Source: Candidatus Zixiibacteriota bacterium
GTDB lineage: Bacteria > RBG-13-66-14 > B26-G2 > WVWN01
Direction: 5' to 3'
NCBI GenBank assembly: GCA_050117845.1
Contig: JASFLY010000040.1
Location: forward strand, 1 to 19,026
Length of the DNA: 19,026 bases
The notes under the pieces are model-generated. The model saw only the letters and a program-made list of their open reading frames with translations. It ran no database searches and was not told the DNA's origin. The position numbers were made by a program, and so were the translations under genes. Shown here piece by piece: positions 8,510-16,546 of this stretch. Positions within the stretch are counted from its first letter, which is position 1. Every line of letters starts with the position of its first letter.

Positions 8510-8978
8510 GGTCGCTTTAGGTGTCGTACTGGGCGGCGGCGCCGGCCTGGCGTGGGGTTACATGACGCGGTGCCTCGGCTCGTCCTGAGCCGCGGGCGCG
8601 AGCCCGTGGATTACGGGTTTGGTGGGGAGCGTGCTTGGCGTGTTGTTCGTTGCGGCCGGATGGCGCCAACCGACGGCCGATAATAAGGGCGGCTTCAATG
8701 TTCAAGATCGTACTCGCCACCATCGCGGGCGTCGCCGGCTTCGCCGGCGGTTATTACTTCCACCAGTTGATGCTGGCGCCGGCGTCCTGCACTACCACTT
8801 GAGCCAGCCCCGGCTCGCCCGTAGTGACGGGAGCGATAGTGGGCGCGGTGGCGACCCTCGCCGTTCTGGCGGCCATAAAAAAGTAAAAAAACAAGCCGGC
8901 CTTCGGGCCGGCGTTTTCGTTTACATATCCGAAGCCGTCAGATGGCAACATCCGACGGCACTTCTACGAATGGCGTGA
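8493..8978 (+). CDS. Small two-TM membrane protein, DUF6132-like, probable selenoprotein (C-x4-U, Sec32). Homologous core ends near 8680; true 3' end uncertain
   Basis: ATG 8493 overlaps the trxB stop and follows AGGGGG: MPGIVKVALGVVLGGGAGLAWGYMTRCLGSS-U(8586-8588)-AAGASPWITGLVGSVLGVLFVAAGWR. As sequenced, the next in-frame stop is not until 8976-8978. Confidence 0.7.
8600..8620 (+). promoter_or_regulatory. Candidate SECIS for the UGA at 8586
   Basis: GAGCCCGT-GGATT-ACGGGTTT hairpin. G-initiated loop starts 20 nt after the UGA. Confidence 0.6.
8698..8886 (+). CDS. Small two-TM membrane protein, DUF6132-like, probable selenoprotein (C-x3-U, Sec35; 62 aa)
   Basis: MFKIVLATIAGVAGFAGGYYFHQLMLAPASCTTT-U(8800-8802)-ASPGSPVVTGAIVGAVATLAVLAAIKK*. 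TAA 8884-8886 lies just before a terminator. Paralogous to the upstream ORF on both sides of the UGA. Confidence 0.75.
8813..8834 (+). promoter_or_regulatory. Candidate SECIS for the UGA at 8800
   Basis: GCT(CG)CCCGT-AGTG-ACGGGAGC bulged hairpin. Loop contains GU and starts 21 nt after the UGA. Confidence 0.6.
8885..8922. terminator. Bidirectional intrinsic terminator
   Basis: GCCGGCC-TTCG-GGCCGGC (8895-8912, cUUCGg loop), T-rich after on + and A-run before. Lies between convergent operons. Confidence 0.85.
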
Positions 8979-8982
8979 GGCA

Positions 8983-9954
8983 TCAGACGTCGAGGCCGTA
9001 GCGGCTCGCCTCCAGCACGATCATCCGGTCCCAGCCGCCCAGCCGCTCCGTCGCGACGGCCATCAGGTCCCGGCCGCTCAGGTCCAGGCCGAAGAGCGCG
9101 CCGGTGAAGGCGTCCGTCTCGGCCGGCCTCGCCCCCGCCACGACGACGCCGAGGTCGGGCAAGTCGTCGTAGCGGTCTCCCCATACCGTATCGTACTCGC
9201 CCTCCTCCGCCACGCGCACGACGTGGTAAATCCCCTCGCAGACGCCGAGGACCGGAAAGAAAGCGCCGTAGAGGACGTGGGCGTCCACGACGGCGTCGGG
9301 CAAACGGCTGTGGTAATCGGCGCGGTTCGGCTCCGGCAGCAGGCCGAACATGTTCTTGAGCGAGAGGCTGAAGGCCGCTCCGGCTCCCGCCGGGTCGGGC
9401 AGCTTGATGCGGGCGAGGCTGAGTAGCGGCCGGCCGCGCCACTCCATCAAGGCCGCCGGCATAACGCCGTAAATCTCCTCGAAGGCCAAAGAGCCGCCTT
9501 TGTCTTCGACCGCGGCGCGCACCTCCTCCGCCGGAACGACGCGTCCCTCCCACACCTCGTCGGTTATATTGATATATGTAACGTCGTCGCGCGCCAGCAC
9601 CTCGTCCAGGCCGAAGCGCGCGAAGTAATCCCTTTCCTGCGCGCGAATCCAATCCCAGTTCTCGCGGCCGTTCTCCGGCGTTATTTCCCGGGAGCCGTCG
9701 TTGCGGCAGGCCGAGTGCCCCTCCACCACTATCTTGGGACCCTCTATGGCGTCGCACACGAGCGCGAGCGTAGCGGCGTCGGTAAACTGGCCGGGGTAAG
9801 CGCTGAACCAGTTGGGCTTGATTATTACCGGCCCTTCCCCCGCGCCGAGGGCCCGGAAGAGTTTGGCCGGCGCGGCGGCGTTCCGGGCGCCGCGTACGAA
9901 GTACAGGTCGTCGCGGACCTCGAATATCCCGAGTTCGTCGTAGACCGGCGACAT
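8983..9954 (-). CDS. DUF362 domain-containing protein
   Basis: VIIKPNW, IVVEG and SLSLKNMFGLLP motifs. ATG coupled to the upstream TAA (TAATG). Confidence 0.75.
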   Translation of the reverse strand: MSPVYDELGIFEVRDDLYFVRGARNAAAPAKLFRALGAGEGPVIIKPNWFSAYPGQFTDAATLALVCDAIEGPKIVVEGHSACRNDGSREITPENGRENWDWIRAQERDYFARFGLDEVLARDDVTYINITDEVWEGRVVPAEEVRAAVEDKGGSLAFEEIYGVMPAALMEWRGRPLLSLARIKLPDPAGAGAAFSLSLKNMFGLLPEPNRADYHSRLPDAVVDAHVLYGAFFPVLGVCEGIYHVVRVAEEGEYDTVWGDRYDDLPDLGVVVAGARPAETDAFTGALFGLDLSGRDLMAVATERLGGWDRMIVLEASRYGLDV

Positions 9955-10406
9955 TATTCTTTTTTCTTATACTCGGCCGGCGGCTCTTCGGCGGCGGCCT
10001 TTTCGCCCTCGCCTTCGCCGGCGGCTTCGGCCTCGTCGGGCGCCGGAGTTTCTTCCGGCGCGGCGGCCGAGTCATCGGGGGGAGCGGAGGGGGCGTCGGG
10101 AGTAGCCTCGGCCTCGTCGGCCGTCGGTTCCTGCGTCCGGCCGGCCTCGTCCACGAAGTTGAGCTGGAGTTCGGTAACGAGGTTCTTGAGGACGCGCTCC
10201 TCGCGGTCCGTCAGGTTCCCGGCGGTCTTCGTCTGGAACATCTGGAGGACGTCGATAGTGCTGCGGGCGGCGTCCATATCCCGCTCTATCTTGCCGGTGA
10301 ACGGGTTGGCCACCTTGCCCATCTGGTGCATCGCGGCGGCGTGGAACGAGTACATGATGGAGAGGAAGAGGGCTTCCTCCTTGTTGAATCCGTTTTCCTC
10401 GGCCAT
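9954..10406 (-). CDS. DUF1844-like protein with acidic Ala/Glu/Pro tail
   Basis: MGKVANPFTG, ARSTIDVLQMFQTKTAGNLT and ELQLNFV. GGAGG SD. Confidence 0.8.
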   Translation of the reverse strand: MAEENGFNKEEALFLSIMYSFHAAAMHQMGKVANPFTGKIERDMDAARSTIDVLQMFQTKTAGNLTDREERVLKNLVTELQLNFVDEAGRTQEPTADEAEATPDAPSAPPDDSAAAPEETPAPDEAEAAGEGEGEKAAAEEPPAEYKKKE

Positions 10407-10438
10407 ATAAAATACCTCCGGTTATTTTCGCGTCCGCG

Positions 10439-12289
10439 TCAGGAGAGTATCTCGGCGACGACGTCGAAGCGTTCGAACGGCGGGATGATATATATCCCGT
10501 GGCAGGCCTCCCGCACCCGCGCCACGAGTTCCCGGGCGATGGCGACGCCGGCGGCCAGTTCCGCATCCTTGCCGGAGGCGGCCGCCTCCTCCATCCGCGC
10601 GAGCGCCTCCCGGGGCACGTCAATCCCCGGGACCTCGTAGTGCAGGAACTTGGCGTGGCGGAAGGTCTTGAAGGGTAAAACGCCCAACAGGACCGGCACC
10701 GGCGGCTCGCCGAAGCGGGAGAGGAAGTCGAACCACACCCGCTCTTCGTAGAAGGGCTGGGTCATCGCGAAGTCGGCGCCGGCGGCCACCTTCTCGCCGA
10801 AGCGCTCGAACTCCCGGTCCGGGTCGCGGGCGCCGGGGTTGAGCGCCACCCCCACCGTCATGTCGAACGCCGCGCCGATGGGCTTGTCCGCGAGGTCCGA
10901 CCCCGAGCGTAACTTGTCCACCAACCGGACCAGGCCGGTGGAGTCGAGGTCGAAGACCGACTTGGCCTTGGGGTAATCCCCCACCTCGGACGGGTCGCCG
11001 GTCAGGGCCAGAAGGACGCCGATGCCCAGGGCCGAAGCGCCGACGAGTTCGGACTGCAGGCCCAGGAGGTTGCGGTCGCGGCAGGTGAAGTGGAGGATGG
11101 ACTCCAGGCCGGCCTCCTCGCGGATGATGTGGGCGAGGGCCATGGACGACATGCGGGCCCGGGCGAGCGGATTGTCGGCGACGTTAATGGCGTCGACGCC
11201 CTGGGCGCGAAGGCTCGCGGCGGCGGCTACGGCCCGGGAGTAATCGGGGCCCCGGGGCGGGCTCACCTCCACCGTGACGACGAATTCCCGGCCCAGTTTT
11301 TCGGTGAAGCGGGGGGCACCGGGCGCGGCCTCGGCCTCGGCCGCGACCGCCGGGGGCGCCACGTCCGCCGGAACGCGGGCGCGGCGCGGCGACGGCGAAA
11401 CTCCCGCCAGCGCCTCGGCCATGGCCGCGACGTGGGCGGGCGTCGTTCCGCAGCAGCCGCCTATCACGTTGACGCCGGCCTCGGCGAAGAGCCGGGCGTA
11501 CTCGGCAAAGTATTCGGGGGTGGCGCCGTAGACGGCCCGGCCAGCGTCCGTCGCCGGGTAGCCGGCGTTGGGCATGGCGCTAAGGTACCAATCGCCGCCG
11601 GACGGGGGAGAGGGAGGGTCGGCCAGGATACGCTCGGTGATGATGTCGTAGGTTTCCTTGGGACCCAGGTTGCAGTTCACGCCCACGACGTCGGCCCCGG
11701 CCTCCACGAGGGCCCGCATCGCCGCCACGACGTCGTCGCCGAACTTCGTCGAGCCGTCGGGGAAAAGCGTCAGCGACGTTATGGCGGGAAGGTCGGTAAG
11801 TTCCCGCCAGGTCGCGAGCGCCGCCAGCGCCTCCGTGACCGAGGACATCGTTTCCACGGCCACGAGGTCGACGCCGCCGGCGAGGAGGCCCGCCATCTGA
11901 GTTCGGAAGAAGTCGCGCGCCTCGTCCTCGGTCAGATACCCGAAGGGCTTGATGGCCGCGCCCAGGGGGCCGACCGAACCCGCGACGAAGACGTCGTCGC
12001 CCACCGTCTCCCGGGCGATGATGGCCGCGCGCTCGTTGAACTCGCCGACGCGACCCTCGAGGCCGAAGCGGCCCAGCTTCACGCCGTTGGCCGAGAAAGA
12101 GTTGGCCTCGACCAACATGGCCCCCGCTTCGACGTAAGCCGCGTGCACGTCCGCGACCACGCCGGGCCGCGTCACGCTGAGTTCCTCCAGACAGCGGCCC
12201 ATCTCGACGCCGCGGGAATAGAGGTAGGTCCCCATCGCGCCGTCGGCGACTATGACGTTGCTTTTAATGTATTCTCGGAAGTCGGGCAT
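10439..12289 (-). CDS. Bifunctional homocysteine S-methyltransferase / 5,10-methylenetetrahydrofolate reductase (YitJ-like)
   Basis: ADGAMGT, GVNC, PNAGYP and IGGCCGTTP in the N-half. VEVSPPRG, HFTCRDRN, LTGDP and MTQP in the C-half. Confidence 0.93.
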   Translation of the reverse strand: MPDFREYIKSNVIVADGAMGTYLYSRGVEMGRCLEELSVTRPGVVADVHAAYVEAGAMLVEANSFSANGVKLGRFGLEGRVGEFNERAAIIARETVGDDVFVAGSVGPLGAAIKPFGYLTEDEARDFFRTQMAGLLAGGVDLVAVETMSSVTEALAALATWRELTDLPAITSLTLFPDGSTKFGDDVVAAMRALVEAGADVVGVNCNLGPKETYDIITERILADPPSPPSGGDWYLSAMPNAGYPATDAGRAVYGATPEYFAEYARLFAEAGVNVIGGCCGTTPAHVAAMAEALAGVSPSPRRARVPADVAPPAVAAEAEAAPGAPRFTEKLGREFVVTVEVSPPRGPDYSRAVAAAASLRAQGVDAINVADNPLARARMSSMALAHIIREEAGLESILHFTCRDRNLLGLQSELVGASALGIGVLLALTGDPSEVGDYPKAKSVFDLDSTGLVRLVDKLRSGSDLADKPIGAAFDMTVGVALNPGARDPDREFERFGEKVAAGADFAMTQPFYEERVWFDFLSRFGEPPVPVLLGVLPFKTFRHAKFLHYEVPGIDVPREALARMEEAAASGKDAELAAGVAIARELVARVREACHGIYIIPPFERFDVVAEILS

Positions 12290-12425
12290 TTTTGGAAACG
12301 TCGGGTTTCAACGCGGCCGTCGTTAGTGAGCGATTTCATTATAACAAAAAGCTCCCGAACGTCGTAATTTTAAATTAACTCAAACTTTTCGGGCCCGGGA
12401 TCGACGACGGTCGGGAAGCCCCTTC

Positions 12426-12459
12426 CAAAAACACGAAACCGCCCCGGAGGGCGGTTTTT
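12426..12459 (-). terminator. Intrinsic terminator downstream of the 16-aa ORF
   Basis: AAACCGCCC-CGGA-GGGCGGTTT stem. The minus strand continues into a T-rich tail. Confidence 0.75.
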
Positions 12460-12473
12460 AGGTCATATTACAT

Positions 12474-12524
12474 TTACTTCTTGGGCGTCGATTTTTTCGG
12501 CTTGCTCTTCTTTTTGGTCGCCAT
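12474..12524 (-). CDS. Putative 16-aa Lys-rich micropeptide MATKKKSKPKKSTPKK
   Basis: Perfect SD AGGAGGTGA (12542-12534) 9 nt before ATG. TAA is followed by a terminator. Resembles the termini of the neighbouring basic protein. Confidence 0.6.
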   Translation of the reverse strand: MATKKKSKPKKSTPKK

Positions 12525-12698
12525 TGCGGGTCTTCACCTCCTCTCACGCAGCCGTCCGTACAAACCGGCCGCAGGGAACTAACCCGCAAGACGCGGCACC
12601 TGGCCGCGATTTTATTCACCGGCCGCCCGTTCATCTCGGGCGCCGGATTCGACGCCAGTTATCTCGCTCTCCTCGCCTAAGATCTAACAATCGAGTGC

Positions 12699-12727
12699 AT
12701 TATAGCAGAAAAAAAGGGGGCGTGCAA
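12699..12727 (-). promoter_or_regulatory. sigma70 promoter for the micropeptide transcript
   Basis: TTGCAC (12727-12722)-N17-TATAAT (12704-12699) with TG extension. Confidence 0.7.
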
Positions 12728-12750
12728 ACAACCGGTTTTTCCGGCCCCCG

Positions 12751-12776
12751 ACAACAACGGGCCGCGACGCGGCCCG
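12751..12776 (-). terminator. Probable terminator after the histone-like gene
   Basis: CGGGCCGC-GTC-GCGGCCCG followed by TTGTTGT on the minus strand. Confidence 0.55.
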
Positions 12777-12800
12777 ACGAGATAAGTAATAGCAAACGTA

Positions 12801-13013
12801 TTATTTCTTTGTCGTTTTCTTTTTGGCGGCGGCTTTCTTCTGGCCTGCGGCCTTTTTCTGACCGGCCGATTTCTTAGCCGTAGCCGCCTTCTTCGCGGCA
12901 GCCTTGCACCGGACCCCGGCCTTTTTGGCCGGAGGTTTCTTGGCCATCGTGCTTTTCCTCGAGCCCGCTTTCTGTGCGGCCGCCTTCTGCGTAGTAGCTT
13001 TCTTCGTTACCAC
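12801..13013 (-). CDS. Histone H1-like Lys/Ala-rich basic protein
   Basis: 70 aa of KKAA/AKK/QKKA repeats with no acidic residues. SD AGGAGGTGA just before GTG. Confidence 0.75.
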   Translation of the reverse strand: MVTKKATTQKAAAQKAGSRKSTMAKKPPAKKAGVRCKAAAKKAATAKKSAGQKKAAGQKKAAAKKKTTKK

Positions 13014-13071
13014 GCGGTCACCTCCTTTCCACGGAAAGTGGAAGTAGGGTACAACTTAACGGTACGGCGCC

Positions 13072-15609
13072 CTAACTGCAGCGCGTGAATCCGCAGGACC
13101 GACAGGTCAAACAACCCTCGGCTATCTCCAGGATGCCGGAGCACTCCGGGCACTGCGGGCCGACGTTGGCCAGCTCCTTCAGCATCCGCTCCCGGCGCAT
13201 GGCGTCTATCTCTTCCTGGTTGACTTCGGTATCGAACAGCGGCGTCGTCTTGGCGCCGATGTGGCGCTCGACGACGATGCCGATGGCGTCGGGACAGCTC
13301 AGGATGGCCTCGCCGTTCTGCCAGGTCGGCATGGGACAGCGGATGCCGCGGAGCTGTTTGACGAGCGACTTGACCGTCACGCCCGCCCGCAGGGAGAGCG
13401 AGATGAGGCGGGACGTGGCCTCGGAGTGCGACGAGATGCAGCCGCCCGACTTCCCCATCTTGGCGAAGACCTCGCACAGGCCGTCCTCGTCCCAGTTGAG
13501 CGTGACGTAGAGGTTGCCGCAGCCGGTGGCGACCTTCTCGGTGATGCCGTGGGTGACGGCGGGACGGGGCCGCGGCGCCACGCCGACGGGGCGACGGCCG
13601 TTGCCGTTTTCGCCGGGACCTTCCTCCCCGCCTTCGGCGGAGGAGTCGCCGACGTTGAGGACCTGCACCGAGCGCGAGCCGTCGCGGTAAATCGTCAGGC
13701 CCTTGCAGCCCAGGTCGTACGCCGTGAGGTAAGCGTTCTCCACTTCCTCCGGCGTCGCCGAATTCGCGAAGTTGATGGTTTTGGAGACGGCGTTGTCGGT
13801 ATGTTTCTGGAAGGCCGCCTGGACCTTGATGTGCCACTCGGGCGAGACCTCGTGGGCGGTGACGAAGACGCGCTTCAACTCGGCCGGGACGTCGTCGCGG
13901 TCCTGGATGGAATCGCCCCGGGCCAGCGCGTCGAAGAGCTCCTCGGTCGCGATGCCGGCTTTTTTTGCCGCTTCGGCGAAGAGCGGATTCACCTCGACCA
14001 GCTTGTCGTCGTCGAGGACGTGGCGGTAGAAGCAGAGCGCGAAGATGGGCTCGATGCCGCCGGCCGCCCCCGCGATGATGCTTATGGTGCCGGTGGGGGC
14101 GATGGTCGTGGTGGTGGCGTTGCGGAGGCGGGCGCCGCCCGGGCGGTCGTAGACGCTCCCGCGGAAATTCGGGAAGACGCCCCGCTCGTCGGCCAGCCGC
14201 CCCGAGGCCCGCTTGGCCTCGAGGTCGATGAACTCCATGATCTGCTCGGCGGTCTCGACCGCCTCGTCCGAGTTGTACGGTATCCAGAGTTTGACCAACA
14301 GGTCGGCGAAGCCCATGACGCCCAGGCCCACTTTTCGGTTGGCCTTGGTGTTCTCCTCTATCTTGGGCAGGGGGTAGCGGTTGACGTCGATGACGTTGTC
14401 GAGGAAGTGCACCGCGACGCGGACGGCGCGGCCGAGCCGCTCCCAGTCGACGACGGTGCGGCCCTTTTCCTCGGTGACCATGAGACCCAGATTAATGGAG
14501 CCCAGATTGCACGACTCGTAGGGCAAGAGCGGCTGCTCGCCGCAGGGGTTGGTCGACTCGATTTCGCCGACGTGGGGCGTGGGGTTGGTGGCGTTGACGC
14601 GGTCGATGAATATAACGCCGGGCTCGCCGTTGCGGTGGGCCATTTCGACTATCTTGGCGAAGACCTGGGGGGCGGGGAGGCGACCGACCTCGTCGCCGGT
14701 CCGGGGGTTTTTCAGCGCGTAGGTATCCTCTTCGGTCAGGGCCCGCATGAACTCGTCGGTGAGCGCGACCGAGATATTGAAATTGTTTATCCGGTTCTCC
14801 TGGGCCTTACAGGAGATGAAGTCGAGGATGTCGGGATGGTCCACGCGCAGAATGCCCATGTTGGCGCCGCGCCGGGTCCCCCCCTGCTTGATGGCCTCGG
14901 TCGCCGCGTCGAAGACCTGCATGAAGGAGATGGGGCCGCTGGATACGCCCTTGGTCGACATGACGACGTCGTTCTTGGGGCGCAGCCGCGAAAAGGAAAA
15001 TCCGGTCCCGCCGCCGCTCTTGTGGATGAGCGCCGTGTCCTTGATGGCCTCGAAGATGGAGTCCATGGAGTCCTCGACCGGGAGGACGAAACAGGCCGAA
15101 AGCTGGCCCAGCTCCCGGCCGGCGTTCATGAGCGTGGGCGAGTTGGGCATGAACTCGCCCCGGGCCATGACGTCGAAGAACTCGCGCGCCGTCGGCTCCA
15201 GGTCGGCCATGGGGTTATAGAGGCGTTCCGCCTCGGCGACGGCCCACGCCACCCGCCAGAACATCTCCCGCGGTTCCTCTATCGGCTGGCCCGACTCGTC
15301 CCGGCGCAGGTATCGCCGCGTCAGGACCTCGAGGGCGTTGCCGTTGAGGTCTATCGGCGGCTCTTCCCAGGAGTCGGCCTCTTCGGGGGGAGCGTTTCGC
15401 TCCCACCCGGCCTCGTGCTCCTGGAGCTTCGCCCGTACGACGCCCTCCAGCACCTCGCCGCCGTAGTTACCCAGGTCCTCGAGCTCGTCCAGCGTTTCGA
15501 TTATAATTTTTTCGGCCTGCGAACCCCGCACGCCCATCTCGTTTAAAAACGCCCGGGCGCGAAGGCGAGCCTTCACCCGGGCGGACTTCCTTCCCGTTCC
15601 TACTGCCAT
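13072..15609 (-). CDS. nrdJ: Class II (adenosylcobalamin-dependent) ribonucleotide reductase with C-terminal TSCPD/Zn-ribbon region
   Basis: [58 protein letters not shown] and terminal CPEC...[12 protein letters not shown]. Confidence 0.95.
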   Translation of the reverse strand: MAVGTGRKSARVKARLRARAFLNEMGVRGSQAEKIIIETLDELEDLGNYGGEVLEGVVRAKLQEHEAGWERNAPPEEADSWEEPPIDLNGNALEVLTRRYLRRDESGQPIEEPREMFWRVAWAVAEAERLYNPMADLEPTAREFFDVMARGEFMPNSPTLMNAGRELGQLSACFVLPVEDSMDSIFEAIKDTALIHKSGGGTGFSFSRLRPKNDVVMSTKGVSSGPISFMQVFDAATEAIKQGGTRRGANMGILRVDHPDILDFISCKAQENRINNFNISVALTDEFMRALTEEDTYALKNPRTGDEVGRLPAPQVFAKIVEMAHRNGEPGVIFIDRVNATNPTPHVGEIESTNPCGEQPLLPYESCNLGSINLGLMVTEEKGRTVVDWERLGRAVRVAVHFLDNVIDVNRYPLPKIEENTKANRKVGLGVMGFADLLVKLWIPYNSDEAVETAEQIMEFIDLEAKRASGRLADERGVFPNFRGSVYDRPGGARLRNATTTTIAPTGTISIIAGAAGGIEPIFALCFYRHVLDDDKLVEVNPLFAEAAKKAGIATEELFDALARGDSIQDRDDVPAELKRVFVTAHEVSPEWHIKVQAAFQKHTDNAVSKTINFANSATPEEVENAYLTAYDLGCKGLTIYRDGSRSVQVLNVGDSSAEGGEEGPGENGNGRRPVGVAPRPRPAVTHGITEKVATGCGNLYVTLNWDEDGLCEVFAKMGKSGGCISSHSEATSRLISLSLRAGVTVKSLVKQLRGIRCPMPTWQNGEAILSCPDAIGIVVERHIGAKTTPLFDTEVNQEEIDAMRRERMLKELANVGPQCPECSGILEIAEGCLTCRSCGFTRCS

Positions 15610-15745
15610 AACGCCGTTACTTCCCTTGTGCTTCGTGCTTCTCGTTTCAACCCGCGTACGTTCTTAAATCAGTCCGACGCAACGGCAAAGCCGTTCCGCG
15701 GCCCTCTCCACCGCACACCTATTACTTCTCCCAATATGCCCCCCA

Positions 15746-15794
15746 ACCCTATATATCGTATGCTCTATCTATTTTACACCCCAATATATGGGGT
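15746..15794. promoter_or_regulatory. Tandem NrdR boxes upstream of nrdJ
   Basis: ACCCTATATATCGTAT (15746-15761) and CCCCAATATATGGGGT (15779-15794) fit acaCwAtATaTwGtgt and lie 33 bp apart. Confidence 0.75.
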
Positions 15795-15799
15795 GTCAA
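15771..15799 (-). promoter_or_regulatory. sigma70 promoter for nrdJ
   Basis: TTGACA (15799-15794)-N17-TAAAAT (15776-15771). Confidence 0.75.
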
Positions 15800-15934
15800 G
15801 GAAAAAATTCCGGGCGGCCCGGCGGGGTGCGCGTCTCCGCCGCACCACCGCTCGACCGCCCGAGGCCACAGGCGTATACAATAAACGCCATTGCCAAACT
15901 CGCTAAATCAAACGGTGAAAATTAACCGGTGCCG

Positions 15935-16399
15935 TTACATGGGGGGCTCTTCCTCGCCCATGCCTTCCTTGGCCTGGCTCCACTTCGCCTCGGCGTCGAT
16001 GGCGAGGTTGACCGAATCCAGCGGGTCGCCCTGCAGGCTGTCGACGTAGAGGCCCATCGCCTCGGCGGCGAGGTTGCAGCGGGTCGCCAGCGCCTCGTCG
16101 CCCTCGGCCTTGCCGCCCAGTTCCTCGAAGTTCGTTTTGAACCCGGAGAGGGTGGCCGCTATCTCTTCGGCCGGGGTGTTGGTGACGTCGTGGGCCTTCA
16201 TATACTCGTCCACCTCGACGGCCTTGGCGCCGAACGCGCCGGCGACGTCCTCGGCGGGGGTTTCGGCCGGCGGAGCCTCGGCCGGCGTTTCGGCGGTCTC
16301 GGCGGTCGCGGGCTCCTCGGCCTTTTTACCGCAGGCGCCGAAAGCGAAGATAAGGATGAATGCGGACGTGATACATATTAATACGCGTGATACTTTCAA
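15935..16399 (-). CDS. Hypothetical lipoprotein
   Basis: TTG start after AGGAGGTG. Signal peptide with lipobox FGA-C, then an Ala/Glu/Pro/Thr linker and a helical domain. Confidence 0.8.
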   Translation of the reverse strand: MKVSRVLICITSAFILIFAFGACGKKAEEPATAETAETPAEAPPAETPAEDVAGAFGAKAVEVDEYMKAHDVTNTPAEEIAATLSGFKTNFEELGGKAEGDEALATRCNLAAEAMGLYVDSLQGDPLDSVNLAIDAEAKWSQAKEGMGEEEPPM

Positions 16400-16546
16400 G
16401 ACGCACCTCCTGTAGGAATTTTCGATGATGAGGCATTAGTAACATAACGGGGAAGGCATTACAAGCCTCGAAACGCCGTTTTTATTATTACCTCCGCGCC
16501 GGGGATTTGTTATAATTGAGTTTAACGGTCGCAAAGGAGGCCCACG

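Noticed and set aside
6746..8886. Genome-wide UGA reassignment (Trp/Gly) as the explanation for in-frame TGAs
   Set aside because: lon, miaA, the DUF362 gene and the methyltransferase gene end normally at TGA, none of the long conserved genes has an internal TGA, and the three cases fall at Cys-like positions.
8934..8985. Sec read-through of the DUF362 stop (TGA TGC) with downstream hairpin 8934-8959
   Set aside because: The extension is unremarkable and hits another TGA soon after. The loop is about 35 nt away and does not begin with G, so it is more likely a 3' stabilising hairpin.
12290..12345. SAM riboswitch upstream of the methyltransferase/MTHFR gene
   Set aside because: An extended -10 (TGTTATAAT, TATAAT at 12343-12338) leaves only a ~40-nt leader, with no SAM riboswitch consensus I can recognise.
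15610..15765. Cobalamin riboswitch upstream of nrdJ
   Set aside because: No B12-box consensus is visible, and the NrdR boxes already explain the regulation.
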